Positions 10,615-20,791 of a stretch of DNA of 64,000 bases are shown here, piece by piece. Origin of the DNA: an uncultured Spirochaetota bacterium (lineage in GTDB: Bacteria; Spirochaetota; Spirochaetia; SZUA-6; Fen-1364); the NCBI GenBank assembly GCA_963781885.1, contig CAWAHW010000004.1, positions 576,001 to 640,000 of the forward strand. The letters are read 5' to 3'. A model generated the notes under the pieces. The model made no database searches and was not told where the DNA came from. It was given only the letters and a program-made list of their open reading frames with translations. The stretch's first letter is position 1; each line of letters opens with the position of its first letter. Both the position numbers and the translations under genes were made by a program.

Positions 10615-11445
10615 TCAAGCTTCCGGCGGCATCCGCGCATCGATGGGGAAGCTCTTCAAATCCTCAGCCAGCTCGACAGGCCCCGCGTACTCCTCGCGGA
10701 CGCGCGCGACGATCGGCTCGTTCATGACTTCCCGGTAGAAGTGGGTCAACACGAGGCGCTTCACACCCGCCATTCGCGCAAGCCTTCCCGCAAGTCGCGG
10801 GGTCAGGTGTCCTTCCACCTTGCGCTCATCCGGCATCGAGCATTCCAGCAGGGCGCAATCGGCCCCCCGCATGAGCGGGAGCAGCTCCTCGTTGTAGTCG
10901 GTGTCTCCGCTGTAGAAGAGCGCCACGCCGCGCTCGTCGGTGATCCGATAACAGACGCTGCCCGCGGTGTGGCCGGTGAGACCCGCCTCGATTCTGAGAA
11001 AGCGGCCGGCCGGCCGCGCGTCGAACCTTGCCACCGCGCCCGCTGCGGAGCGTTCAAGCGTGAGAGGCTTCCCCGGCTCCATCGCCTGGATGTCGAGTTG
11101 CAGGTCGGCAATCTCATCCACGCGCCTGCCGAGCCATTTGACGTGCTGGCGAAGCTCGGTCGGGCCGACGAGGGTCAGGCTTCGGTCGCCCCCGTCCAGG
11201 GTTGCAAGCCATCGGGAAACCAGCAGGGGACCGAGATCGGAGACGTGGTCCAGGTGAAAATGGGTGATGAGGATTGGATCGACGCTGGTCACGGCGACAT
11301 CGATCTCCGTGAGCCGGTACAGAGTGCCCGGCCCGCAGTCGATGAGCGCCGGCCCCTGGTCGGTCTGCAGAAGGTACCCCGCGCATCCGTGGCCTTTCGA
11401 CGGAAGGATCGTCCCTGAACCGAGGATCGTGAGGGAGACCATCAT
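10615..11445 (-). CDS. MBL-fold metallo-hydrolase (RNase Z/phosphodiesterase-like)
   Basis: LGSG, DCGPG, THFHLDH, YSGDT, GHLTP, LTHF. Confidence 0.88.
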   Translation of the reverse strand: MMVSLTILGSGTILPSKGHGCAGYLLQTDQGPALIDCGPGTLYRLTEIDVAVTSVDPILITHFHLDHVSDLGPLLVSRWLATLDGGDRSLTLVGPTELRQHVKWLGRRVDEIADLQLDIQAMEPGKPLTLERSAAGAVARFDARPAGRFLRIEAGLTGHTAGSVCYRITDERGVALFYSGDTDYNEELLPLMRGADCALLECSMPDERKVEGHLTPRLAGRLARMAGVKRLVLTHFYREVMNEPIVARVREEYAGPVELAEDLKSFPIDARMPPEA

Positions 11446-12536
11446 GGCGTGGCCTCTTCGACAAGGGCATGAAGCCTTCGCGGATCGAGGCGAAGGTAGA
11501 TCGTGCCGCGAAGCATTCCCTTCTCCATCACCCCGGGGTCGTCGGCCACCATGGTCCGCTCGTCCACCCTGATCCAGTAGCGGGCGTGTGACCCCTCGAA
11601 GATCGAGTTGACGATCTCGCCGACGAGCAGGTTGTCGTCGATGGCGGGAGGCGCGGAGAGAATCTCGATCGCCTCGGGCCTGCAGCAGAGGGTCACGGGG
11701 CCGCCGACCCGCACGGATGCCCCCGCGAGCTCGTCGTTCTCCACGCGGAGGACCGCGCCGCCGGCCTGCACGGTGAGGTTGCGTCCCGCGATGGCGCTCA
11801 CGCTCCCGGGAATCATGTTCGCTGTGCCGACGAAATCGGCCACGAACGCGGTGCGCGGCCGGTAGTAGATATCCCGCGGGCTCCCCACCTGCACCACCCT
11901 GCCGTCGTTCATCACGGTGATGAAGTCGGAGAGCGCAAGCGCCTCGCTCTGATCGTGCGTCACGTAGATCGTCGTGATGCCGAGGTTCTGCTGGAGCTGG
12001 CGCAGCTCGGCGCGTATGTTCATCCGCAGCTTCGCATCGAGGTTGGAGAGCGGCTCATCGAGGAGCAGGACCTCCGGCTCCATGACGAGCGCCCGGGCAA
12101 GGGCGACCCGCTGCTGCTGCCCGCCGGAGATCTGGCCGGGGGCGCGCTTTTCAAGACCGCCGATGCCAAGATACGCCGAGGTTCGATCCAGTCGACGCCG
12201 GATCTCGTCGGCGGGCAGCTTCTTCAGCCGAAGCCCGTAGCCGATGTTCTCACCAACCGTCATGTGCGGAAAAAGCGCGTAATCCTGGAAGACCATGATG
12301 GCGTTGCGCTGGTGCGACGGAACGTCGTTGATCACGCGATCTCCAATGCGGATCTCCCCGCGATCCGCCGCGTAGAAGCCCGCAATGGTTCGAAGCATCG
12401 TTGTCTTGCCGCAGCCGCTCGGCCCCAGCAGGGTCATGAGACAGCCTTTCGGAATTTCAAGGCAGATGTCCTTGAGAACCTCCACCGGTCCGAAGCGCTT
12501 GGAGACGTGACTGATGGTGAGGTGAGCCGCGCTCAT
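11442..12536 (-). CDS. ABC importer ATPase (FbpC/AfuC/PotA type, TOBE domain)
   Basis: GPSGCGKTT, FQDYALFPHM, ISGGQQQR, LLDEPLSNLD. Confidence 0.93.
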   Translation of the reverse strand: MSAAHLTISHVSKRFGPVEVLKDICLEIPKGCLMTLLGPSGCGKTTMLRTIAGFYAADRGEIRIGDRVINDVPSHQRNAIMVFQDYALFPHMTVGENIGYGLRLKKLPADEIRRRLDRTSAYLGIGGLEKRAPGQISGGQQQRVALARALVMEPEVLLLDEPLSNLDAKLRMNIRAELRQLQQNLGITTIYVTHDQSEALALSDFITVMNDGRVVQVGSPRDIYYRPRTAFVADFVGTANMIPGSVSAIAGRNLTVQAGGAVLRVENDELAGASVRVGGPVTLCCRPEAIEILSAPPAIDDNLLVGEIVNSIFEGSHARYWIRVDERTMVADDPGVMEKGMLRGTIYLRLDPRRLHALVEEATP

Positions 12537-14158
12537 GTGCGGACCTCCGTTCCGCTGAAGAGGTCAAGCCGCTTGCCGACCAGGAGCTTCGCAATCCCGA
12601 GGACCGCAAAGGAAACCACCAGGAGCACGGTGGTGAGCGCCGCGGCCCTGCCGTAGAAGCCGTCGTTGACGAAGTTCATGATTGAAAAGGTTGCAACCGA
12701 GTTCGACGCGGTGGCGATGAAAACGATGACGCTCAAGGTGGTGATCGAGCGGATGAAGGACATGATGAAGGCGGACAAGAAGGGCCCCCGCAGGAGCGGC
12801 GCCTCGATCTGGCGGAAGATCTGCATGCTGCGTGCCCCCAGGTTCGAGGCAGCCTCGCCGAGCGAGGGGGAGATCTGCTTCAGGGAGCTGATCCCGGTCT
12901 GGTAGCCGGTCGAGATGTTCCAGAAGAGCATGCTCAGGATGATGATCGCGGCCGTGCCATACAGATCCATTGGCCTGCTGGTAAAGGAGATCGCATAGCC
13001 GATTCCAAGGAAGATGCCCGGCAGCGCCGCGGGCAGAATGCAGGCGAAGTCGACGAAACCGCGCAGGGAGAAGCGCGCGCGGCTGACCACGTACGCGGCG
13101 ATCAGGGAGAAGAGCGCGGCAGCCCCGCCGGCGATCACGGAGAACGCCAGGCTGCGCAGGAGCTCCGGCGACTGCGTGAGCACCCCGCTCACCCACTTCA
13201 GCGTCGGCGTCCAGTCAAAGCCCCATCCGTTCACAAAGGCTCCGACGACAAGCGCCACGTAGACGAGGACGATCATCAGGGAGACGAGGGCGCAGAAGAC
13301 GAAGAGAAGCACCTTCACCCATGGGGCGACCGGCTCCGGTTCGATCGAGGCGATCTTGCCCGTGATCGTCACGTAGGAGCGGCGGCTCACCCAGAATCGC
13401 TGCACGACGAAGATGATCACGGACGGCACGAGAAGAACCGAAGAGAGCGCGGCCGCTCCCTTGATGTCCGCCCACCCGACGACTCGGAGCCACGCCTCCG
13501 TGGCGAGGACCGAATAGTCCCCTGAGATCATGATCGGGTTGCCGAAGTCCGCCAGCACGAGGATCGCCACCAGAAGCGCGGCTCCCGCGACCCCCGGGCG
13601 CGCGAGGGGAAGGGTGACCGTGCGGAAGAGCTTGAAGCCCGTTGCCCCGAGGTTTCTGCCTGCGTACTCGAGGCTCGGCGGAATGGAGCGCAGGACCCCC
13701 TCCATCGTCATCGCGGCGACGGGGAAGAAGGAGATCGTCTCCGAAAGCCACAGCCCATGCCAGCCCATGATGTTGGTGCGCACGCCGAAGATGCCCGTCG
13801 TGATGAGCCCGTTGCGGCCGAACATCATCAGGTAGCTGAAGGCCACCATGAAGGGGGGCGAGAAGAGGGGCAGGATCGAGATCCCCTTGAAAAGCTGCCG
13901 CAGCGGAAGGTCGGTTTTCGTGACGCTGTAGGCGAAGAGAAAGCCGAAGAGGGTGCAGCTGGCCGTCGACAGGAGGACCATGACAAGGCTGTGGACCATC
14001 GCGCGCATGTAGCGCCGATCGAGGAACAGGGTGAGGAAATCACGAGGCGCCGGGAATGCGAAGACGCGAATGATGGGATAGATGACGAAGAGAAGGAGCG
14101 AGATGACGATGATCGCAATCGTTGCAAGAAGCACGGGCTCGCGCCAGATCCTCTTCAT
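12533..14158 (-). CDS. ABC importer permease, FbpB/AfuB type (two fused permease halves)
   Basis: Two EAA-like loops (LEYAGRNLGA, LGEAASNLGA), LADFGNP; start MKRIWREP after GGGAGGAG. Confidence 0.9.
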   Translation of the reverse strand: MKRIWREPVLLATIAIIVISLLLFVIYPIIRVFAFPAPRDFLTLFLDRRYMRAMVHSLVMVLLSTASCTLFGFLFAYSVTKTDLPLRQLFKGISILPLFSPPFMVAFSYLMMFGRNGLITTGIFGVRTNIMGWHGLWLSETISFFPVAAMTMEGVLRSIPPSLEYAGRNLGATGFKLFRTVTLPLARPGVAGAALLVAILVLADFGNPIMISGDYSVLATEAWLRVVGWADIKGAAALSSVLLVPSVIIFVVQRFWVSRRSYVTITGKIASIEPEPVAPWVKVLLFVFCALVSLMIVLVYVALVVGAFVNGWGFDWTPTLKWVSGVLTQSPELLRSLAFSVIAGGAAALFSLIAAYVVSRARFSLRGFVDFACILPAALPGIFLGIGYAISFTSRPMDLYGTAAIIILSMLFWNISTGYQTGISSLKQISPSLGEAASNLGARSMQIFRQIEAPLLRGPFLSAFIMSFIRSITTLSVIVFIATASNSVATFSIMNFVNDGFYGRAAALTTVLLVVSFAVLGIAKLLVGKRLDLFSGTEVRT

Positions 14159-14289
14159 GTCTCCTCCCTCGAGAGCGTGCCGCACGCCGCATGGTGCAGG
14201 CGTGCGGCGGTTTCATGGAATCGTGCGTGGGTGCTGAAATCAGCCCCGCCGGGCGGGCGCGGATGCCTTGCCCGGCGGCGCATCTCCTT

Positions 14290-15315
14290 CTACTTCCCGG
14301 TGACCGCGCTCCACTGCTTCTTCCAGGGATCCACGCTGGTGGCCGCGGCTTTCAGGTCCCATGGCGCAAGCGTGATCGAGGAGAAGGGGGGCATCGCCGA
14401 GGGAAGGGCCACGTCCCCGCGCACGGGATAGCGGAAGCCGTTCTCGACATTGATCTTCTCCGCGGCAGCCGACAGAAGAAAATCGATGAACTGTCGTGCC
14501 GCGTTCGGGTGCGCCGCACCCTTGAGAATCGAGGCGCCGCCGATCTCGAACGCGTCGTCTTTCGGGAACACGACCGTGACCGGGAGATTGCCCTGGAGCT
14601 TTTGCTTGATCGTGTCGTGACCCCATGCAACGCCGATGATCGACTGCCCCTGCGCGACAAGCGCAATCGAGCCATTGGCGCCGTTGGTGTACTGGGCGAC
14701 GTTGGCGTCGAGCTTCTTCACGTAGTCGAAGCCCGCCTGCTCACCGCCGAGCCGGAAGATCTGCGCCGCCAGGAAGAGGTAGCCCCCGCCCGCGGTGACG
14801 GGATTCGCCACAAGCACCTCGCCCTTGTAGGCCGGGTTCAGAAGGTCATCCCAGGTGGTGGGCGGCTTGATCCCCTTGGAGGCGACCTCATCGGCAAAGC
14901 GCTTGTTGTTGTAGAGGATGCACAGCGCGCCGAAGTACCAGCCGGACCAGTAGCCGGCGGGATCCTCGAACTTCGGGTCGATGCCTGCCGCCTTGATCAC
15001 GGGAGAGACGTAGGGCTGCAGATAGCCGCCGGCGGCCAGGTCAGAGTGGAAGTTCGAGTTGCCGCCGATGACGACATCCGCCCGCGCGTTGGCCGCCTCG
15101 GCCTTCACGCGCGCCGACACGGTTCCCGCCTCCTCGATCTGCAGCGCGATCTGCGCGTCGATTCCGGTCTGCTGCTTGAACGCCGCGGCAAGGTCATTGG
15201 CCGTCTTTGTATCCAACGCCGCGTAGATGATCACCTTGCCTTCACTCGTCTGACCCGCGGCGAAGAGCGGCAGGGCAAGGACAGCCACGAAAAGCACGCA
15301 GAGAAGTTTCTTCAT
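14290..15315 (-). CDS. ABC substrate-binding protein (AfuA/Fe3+/thiamine cluster)
   Basis: Signal MKKLLCVLFVAVLALPLFAAGQ; RVKAEAANARADV, PTTWDDLLNPAYKGE, NPVTAG. Confidence 0.88.
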   Translation of the reverse strand: MKKLLCVLFVAVLALPLFAAGQTSEGKVIIYAALDTKTANDLAAAFKQQTGIDAQIALQIEEAGTVSARVKAEAANARADVVIGGNSNFHSDLAAGGYLQPYVSPVIKAAGIDPKFEDPAGYWSGWYFGALCILYNNKRFADEVASKGIKPPTTWDDLLNPAYKGEVLVANPVTAGGGYLFLAAQIFRLGGEQAGFDYVKKLDANVAQYTNGANGSIALVAQGQSIIGVAWGHDTIKQKLQGNLPVTVVFPKDDAFEIGGASILKGAAHPNAARQFIDFLLSAAAEKINVENGFRYPVRGDVALPSAMPPFSSITLAPWDLKAAATSVDPWKKQWSAVTGK

Positions 15316-15319
15316 TTCC

Positions 15320-16423
15320 TTACTCCCCTTTCTCAAAAAGATACTTTTCCTCGGGGTGCATTCCCGGCAACGCCGGTGGGCACCCGCAGGATTGCCTGAT
15401 CACGAGCCGGGTGGGAAGGATGATGCGCGAGGCGCTGATCGTTGCCCCCTCGATGGCCATCACCATGTTCTCCATCGCGACGGCCCCGATCTCGTGCATC
15501 GGCTGCCGCACCGTGGTGAGGGGCGGGCCGAGGTACTCGGCGAAAAAGGTGTCGTCGAATCCGGCAAGCGCGATGTCCTGAGGGACGCGGATCCCGCGCT
15601 CGTTCAAGTAATGCAGAACCCCGAGCGCCATGTGGTCGTTTGCGGCAAAGACCGCGTCGACATTCGCGTGGGCAAGCCTCTCCTCGGCGATCCGATAGGC
15701 GCAGTCCCGAGAAAAATCCCCCTGGGCCGAGGAAAGAGATGCAAGGTCGTAGCCTTTCTCGCTCAGTCCAAGCTTGAACCCATAGGCCCTGTCGTTTGAA
15801 TCGAGGTTGTTGGGCGCCCCCGCAATGAAGAGTATCCGTTTGAAGGAATGATCCACGAAGTGGTGCGCCATCTCCCGCGCCCCGCCGACGTTGTCGACCA
15901 TGATCGCGCGCGCGTCCTTCTCCTCCGGCGTCCCGATGAAGATGAAGGGGACCCCGTTTCGACGAAGCCGGCCCAGGAGGGCACGGTCGTGCTCGGGGTC
16001 GCGCGAGTGGCGGATGATGTATCCGTCGGCCATTGCGGATTCGACGAGGCTCGCAACCGAGCGCGCGCTCTGCCTCGTCTTGAGAATGACGTGGTATCCC
16101 TTGTCTTGGGCGACCCGATCGGCCCCTTCCAGCAGATCCGAATAGTAGGGGCTGGAGATGTCGGGCAGAAGCACCGCCACCGCGCGCATCTTCCCCCCCG
16201 ACAGCGCGCTGGCCGCGGCATTGGGGATATAGCCCAGCTTTCCGATTGCGCTTCTCACGCTCGTCGCGGTGGCGGGTTTGACGTTGCCGTCGTTGTTGAT
16301 CACCCGCGAGACCGTGGCGCGCGAAAACCCCGTTGAACGGGCGACATCCTCGATCGTGGCGCGTCCCGTCGGACGCTTTTCGGGCGTGCTTTTTGTCTTT
16401 TTACGTCCGGATCGATTCGTCAT
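15320..16423 (-). CDS. LacI family transcriptional regulator
   Basis: TIEDVARSTGFSRATVSRVIN, YIPNAAA, AANDHMALG, GFDD, PPLTTVRQP. Confidence 0.92.
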   Translation of the reverse strand: MTNRSGRKKTKSTPEKRPTGRATIEDVARSTGFSRATVSRVINNDGNVKPATATSVRSAIGKLGYIPNAAASALSGGKMRAVAVLLPDISSPYYSDLLEGADRVAQDKGYHVILKTRQSARSVASLVESAMADGYIIRHSRDPEHDRALLGRLRRNGVPFIFIGTPEEKDARAIMVDNVGGAREMAHHFVDHSFKRILFIAGAPNNLDSNDRAYGFKLGLSEKGYDLASLSSAQGDFSRDCAYRIAEERLAHANVDAVFAANDHMALGVLHYLNERGIRVPQDIALAGFDDTFFAEYLGPPLTTVRQPMHEIGAVAMENMVMAIEGATISASRIILPTRLVIRQSCGCPPALPGMHPEEKYLFEKGE

Positions 16424-16424
16424 A

Positions 16425-16469
16425 TTGGTAGCGGTCCCAAAATGTAGCATTGATCATCTCGGGACGCAA
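16425..16469 (-). promoter_or_regulatory. Promoter with LacI-type operator
   Basis: Minus strand TTGCGT-17 bp-(TGn)TACATT, followed directly by the CG-centred palindrome TTGGGACCGCTACCAA (16425-16440) abutting the ATG. Confidence 0.65.
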
Positions 16470-16688
16470 GCTTTATTTTTCAGGAGTCAGCATCGGACCC
16501 AGCCATGCCCCTCAATCCGTGAGGACCTCTCCGAGCTCCCGGATCTCGAGCTCCCCGAGTGCGCCAAGCCTTCGCACCCCGCCGTGCTCAGTCATGCGCG
16601 CATGGTAGCGGACAGCGCCGACCACGGCAATGGACGGAGCCCGGATTGCCGGTCCCGGCCACCGGCAGACGCTGCAGGTCGTCAGGTG

Positions 16689-17498
16689 TCACTCCGGGGC
16701 ATATCCCATTTCGGTCAGGTTCGACGCCACCTTCGCCGCAATGAAAGCAACGGACTCCTGCAGGCTTTCCTCGCCCCTCCTCGCCGACGCGCTCCGACGG
16801 GGATCGTCCCGCGCCGTAAAATCGGCCGCAGGCCGACCGTCAAAGGTAGGTCCGTCCACGATCGCCCAGCGAACGTTGTAGAGAGGCTCCGGCAGCGGTG
16901 GCAAGGTGGAGAGGTCGACCGATTCGGGGAAAAGAGCCATTACCTGCGACGTTTCGTCTCCACCCGCATGGCCCGGGTCTGTCGAGTCCTGACGTGCCTT
17001 GTCCCAAGCGGAAACAGAGATCACTCTCGCCGGCCCCCTGGCGGTGAACTCCGCGCGCAGGCGTTCGATTGTCGCAACGTGATTGGCCGCGCCGTGACCG
17101 TTGAGGATCACGATCAACCGGTAGCCCTGCTGCACCAGCAGGTCGAGCGTTTCCCGCAGCAGGAGAGCCAGGTACTCTTCACGGTAATACAGGCTCTTGA
17201 GGATGTTGGCCGGGAAATCCATGCCCACGATCCACTCATCACCCTTGAAGCCGATGTTGCGCAGGAGCTCGGGAGAGCGCTCGCGCTCGGTGCCGCAAAA
17301 GAAAGGCGGCAGGACCACCCCGCCGACCCTGGCGGCCACCCGCAGGGCGACCCTATGGGCAACCAAAGGGTCCGTCCCCAGAGGCAGGTGAGGTCCATGC
17401 CACTCCAGCGGTCCCACGGGCAGGAAGATGAGCGGCCGCTGCTGCATTTCCGCGACGATCTCCGCCGGGCGCAGGTGCTCGAATTGGCGTTCTCTCAT
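16689..17498 (-). CDS. Creatininase/MftE-family amidohydrolase
   Basis: LPVGPLEWHGPHLPLGTD, NGHGAANH, GHAGGDETS. Confidence 0.9.
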   Translation of the reverse strand: MRERQFEHLRPAEIVAEMQQRPLIFLPVGPLEWHGPHLPLGTDPLVAHRVALRVAARVGGVVLPPFFCGTERERSPELLRNIGFKGDEWIVGMDFPANILKSLYYREEYLALLLRETLDLLVQQGYRLIVILNGHGAANHVATIERLRAEFTARGPARVISVSAWDKARQDSTDPGHAGGDETSQVMALFPESVDLSTLPPLPEPLYNVRWAIVDGPTFDGRPAADFTARDDPRRSASARRGEESLQESVAFIAAKVASNLTEMGYAPE

Positions 17499-17524
17499 TA
17501 CAAATTCTCCTCGAAGCCCATTGC

Positions 17525-18520
17525 TCACGCCCCCTGCGGGGGCGTGGTCGACTCACGAACGATCAGCTGGCCGGGCAGCTCACCGCTCTCGGTCATCAAC
17601 TCTCCGCCCAATGCGGCCAGGATCATCCGCACCGCCATTTTCCCCATGTCCCGCTTGGGCTGCGCGAACGTTGTCAGGGGAGGCTCGAAATGAGCGGCCA
17701 GGTCGATGTCATCAAAGCCAATAACCGAGAGATCCTGCGGAATGCGCAGGCCGGCCATGTGGGCAGCCCGCAGCGCGCCCAGCGCCGTTGCATCGTTGTA
17801 GCAGAACACCGCGGTGGGACGAGACGCCAGCCCCAGGAGCTCGCGCATGGCCTGGGTTCCTCCTCCGGGCCGACTGTCACCCGCTGCGATCAGCGCCGGG
17901 TTCACCGAGAGCCCGCGCGCCAACAAAGCCTGTTCATACCCCTTTCGCCGCTCCACGTTATCCCATTCCAGGCTGGGGCCGGCGATATAGGCGATACGCT
18001 GATGGCCCAGGTCGAGCAAATGCTGCATGGCCTGCACCGCACCGCCAAAATTGTCAACTCGCACGGAGCGCGCATGTTCGCTGTTGATGAAGACGATGGG
18101 CAGGCTCATCCCGCGGAGCACGGCCTCATAGTTGCCGTCGGCGCGCACCGAGATGAGGATTATCCCATCCACCCGTCTTTCCTGCAGCATGTGCAGCTCA
18201 TCCAATTCCCTTTCCGACTCGCTGCCGGAATGAGTGAGGATGACGCTGTAGCCGTGATGCAGCGCCGTTTCCTCGATGACCTGGATCACCTCTGCCTGAA
18301 AGAGATCGGTGATTGTCGTCGCAACCAACCCTATGGTCCGCGTGCGTTGGGTGACGAGGCTCCTGGCAAGTGCGCTCGGCGAATACTTCATGTCCGCGGC
18401 GAGATGTTTGATTCTCGCCCGGGTCTCCGGATTCACTCGGGGGCTGTCGGCAAGCGCGCGCGAGACGGTGCTGTACGAAACCCGGGCAACTTTGGCAATG
18501 TCCTTTATTGATACGGCCAT
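17525..18520 (-). CDS. LacI family transcriptional regulator
   Basis: SIKDIAKVARVSYSTVSRAL, YSPSALA, FCYNDATALG, GFDD, PPLTT. Confidence 0.93.
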   Translation of the reverse strand: MAVSIKDIAKVARVSYSTVSRALADSPRVNPETRARIKHLAADMKYSPSALARSLVTQRTRTIGLVATTITDLFQAEVIQVIEETALHHGYSVILTHSGSESERELDELHMLQERRVDGIILISVRADGNYEAVLRGMSLPIVFINSEHARSVRVDNFGGAVQAMQHLLDLGHQRIAYIAGPSLEWDNVERRKGYEQALLARGLSVNPALIAAGDSRPGGGTQAMRELLGLASRPTAVFCYNDATALGALRAAHMAGLRIPQDLSVIGFDDIDLAAHFEPPLTTFAQPKRDMGKMAVRMILAALGGELMTESGELPGQLIVRESTTPPQGA

Positions 18521-18548
18521 TTGAACCTCTTGCATTCACCGGTCCGTA

Positions 18549-18674
18549 CAAACGTTTGCACGGTGTCGTTCTTATATCATAGATACAAACGTTTGTCAAT
18601 TGGGTATTTTTAAAAGAATAATTTTTAGTTGACAAACGTTTGCAGTCATGATAAATGTAAAAGACAAACGTTTG
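18549..18674. promoter_or_regulatory. Four LacI operator palindromes CAAACGTTTG across divergent promoters
   Basis: Exact copies at 18549, 18586, 18633 and 18665. Copies 2 and 3 overlap the TTGACA -35 boxes on the minus (18594-18599) and plus (18629-18634) strands. Confidence 0.85.
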
Positions 18675-18715
18675 GATACATCGAATAATTCTGATTCCTG
18701 AGAGAGGCGCAAGTA

Positions 18716-19687
18716 ATGAGCTCGCAAGCGCAACCAGCCCAAGCGAACATCTCCCAGGCCATCGCGGCGCGAGGTGAGGGGCAGGAGTTCTGGCGTCGCT
18801 TGCGCCGAGACCGGTTGGCTCTGGCGGGGGCGGGGTTTCTCATCCTGTTGAGTCTTTTCGCTTTTCTCGGGGCCCCTCTGGCCGCCAGGATTACCGGACA
18901 CAGACCTGCCCAGCAGTTCTTCAATGGGCTCGATGCCAACGGTATTCCATTGCGTCCGCTTCAGCACGAGTTCCTCGACGATGGATTGACTCCAAACCCC
19001 AAAGGGGAGCTCTTCGTCCTGGGAACCGACAGGCTGGGACGCGACATGCTTGTGCGGCTCCTCTACGGCGCCAGAATATCGCTTTTCGTGGCATTTGCCG
19101 CCACCGGGGTTGCCCTGTTGGTGGGAGTTCCTCTCGGACTGCTGGCGGGATATTTCGGCGGCATTCTGGACGCCGTGATCTCGCGTGCCGTCGACACGGC
19201 GTTGGCCTTTCCCTCCATGCTCTTCGCCATCGGTCTGGCGGCCGTCCTTGGCCCCGGACTGGCGAACGTGATCATCGTCATCGCCATATTCTCCTGGTAC
19301 TATCCCGCCCGCATCGTGCGTGGCATCGTCAAGTCTCTCCGTTCCGAGCAATTTGTCGAAGCAGCCGTCTCGGTCGGCGCCGGCGACGGGCGGATCCTTT
19401 TCAAGCACCTGCTGCCGCAGCTCACGGCCCCCATCATCGTCTATTCCACGGGGATCATCGCCACGAACATCCTGCTGGAGGCAGGATTGTCTTTCCTGGG
19501 GCTGGGCGTGCCTCAACCGGTGCCGAGCTGGGGGCAGATGTTGTCCGATGGAGTTGCCAACGGTCTCTACCGGGTGCAGCCGTGGCTGGCCGTCGTCCCC
19601 GGCGTCACCCTGGCCTTGACGACACTGGCGTTCAACCAACTTGGAGATGGGCTGCGCGACGCGTTCGCGCCAAAGGCGGGAACGTGA
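18716..19687 (+). CDS. oppC: Oligopeptide/dipeptide ABC permease (OppC/DppC-like)
   Basis: LGTDRLGRD..RLLYGARISL, FVEAAVSVGA..RILFKHLLP, EAGLSFLGLG...PSWG. Confidence 0.88.
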   Translation: MSSQAQPAQANISQAIAARGEGQEFWRRLRRDRLALAGAGFLILLSLFAFLGAPLAARITGHRPAQQFFNGLDANGIPLRPLQHEFLDDGLTPNPKGELFVLGTDRLGRDMLVRLLYGARISLFVAFAATGVALLVGVPLGLLAGYFGGILDAVISRAVDTALAFPSMLFAIGLAAVLGPGLANVIIVIAIFSWYYPARIVRGIVKSLRSEQFVEAAVSVGAGDGRILFKHLLPQLTAPIIVYSTGIIATNILLEAGLSFLGLGVPQPVPSWGQMLSDGVANGLYRVQPWLAVVPGVTLALTTLAFNQLGDGLRDAFAPKAGT

Positions 19688-20679
19688 TCAAGTATCTTGC
19701 CCGTCGCCTTGCGGCAGCCTGCCTTCAGCTTTTTCTTGTCACGCTCATCGCCTACCTCCTGTTCTACGTGGTGGCCAGTGCAACCGGCGCCGATCCGGCG
19801 CGCCGCGTGGCAGGCCGGGCCGCAACGCCCGAACGCGTGGCGGAAGTGGCCCACACGCTGGGGACCGACCTGCCCTGGTACGAGCAGTACGCGCACTTCC
19901 TCGGCAAACTGGTTCGCGCCGACCTCGGCTACTCGTTCATGCAGCGGCGTCCCGTGAGCGACATCATTTTCCCCGCGGTGACGGTGACCCTGTCCCTGCT
20001 GGCGGGTGCCGTCGTGCTCTGGCTCCTGATGGCCATCCCCGTCGGCCTCGTGGGTGCACTGCGGCCCCGCAGCTTTTCCGACCGCTTCCTCGCCATCCTG
20101 GTCCAGATCGCGATCTCTGCGCCCGTCTTCTGGGTGGCACCCATGTTCTCCTTTCTGCTGGCATACCAGCCAAGCCAGGGCTTGTTTCTCGGCATCCACC
20201 TGGCAAAGCCGATCCAGTGGCTGCCCATTCAAGGTTACGTCAAGCTCGGCAGCTCGCTGGGGGAATGGACGCGCCACCTGCTCCTCCCCTGGCTGGCGTT
20301 CGCCGTGGGATATGCCGCGCTCTATGCGCGCTTCGTGCGCGCCCTTGTGAGCGAGCAGCTGTCTGAGAACTACGTCCTGGTTGCACGGGCGAAAGGCGCC
20401 TCCGAAAGCAGGATCCTGAGGCACCACGTGGGCCGCATTGTGGGCCCATCGATCATCACGATGCTCGGGCTCGACGTGGGAGCGATGATGGGCGGCGCGT
20501 TGTTCGTGGAGCAGGCATTCGGCCTGCCCGGCCTCGGCTATGTCGCCTACAGCTCGATTCAGTCGCTGGATTATCCGTTGACGATGGGGACCATCACGTT
20601 CGCGGCGCTCATGGCCGTGATCCTGAATACCATCGCCGACATGATCCAGGCATTCCTCGATCCTCGCGCGCGCAGGTAG
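19684..20679 (+). CDS. oppB: Oligopeptide/dipeptide ABC permease (OppB/DppB-like)
   Basis: GTG start overlapping the oppC stop; YLARRL, DLGYSF, YVLVARAKGA, VEQAFGLPGLG, DYP, LDPR. Confidence 0.88.
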   Translation: MIKYLARRLAAACLQLFLVTLIAYLLFYVVASATGADPARRVAGRAATPERVAEVAHTLGTDLPWYEQYAHFLGKLVRADLGYSFMQRRPVSDIIFPAVTVTLSLLAGAVVLWLLMAIPVGLVGALRPRSFSDRFLAILVQIAISAPVFWVAPMFSFLLAYQPSQGLFLGIHLAKPIQWLPIQGYVKLGSSLGEWTRHLLLPWLAFAVGYAALYARFVRALVSEQLSENYVLVARAKGASESRILRHHVGRIVGPSIITMLGLDVGAMMGGALFVEQAFGLPGLGYVAYSSIQSLDYPLTMGTITFAALMAVILNTIADMIQAFLDPRARR

Positions 20680-20791
20680 GGAAAGGAGGTGATCACCGCG
20701 CAGATTCCGCTCTTCGGCCCGCCCCGTACCGCTCGCGCGGAGAAGCGGGTGGCGTTGTGCAAAAAGCTCATCCTGTAATAGGAGGAATACC

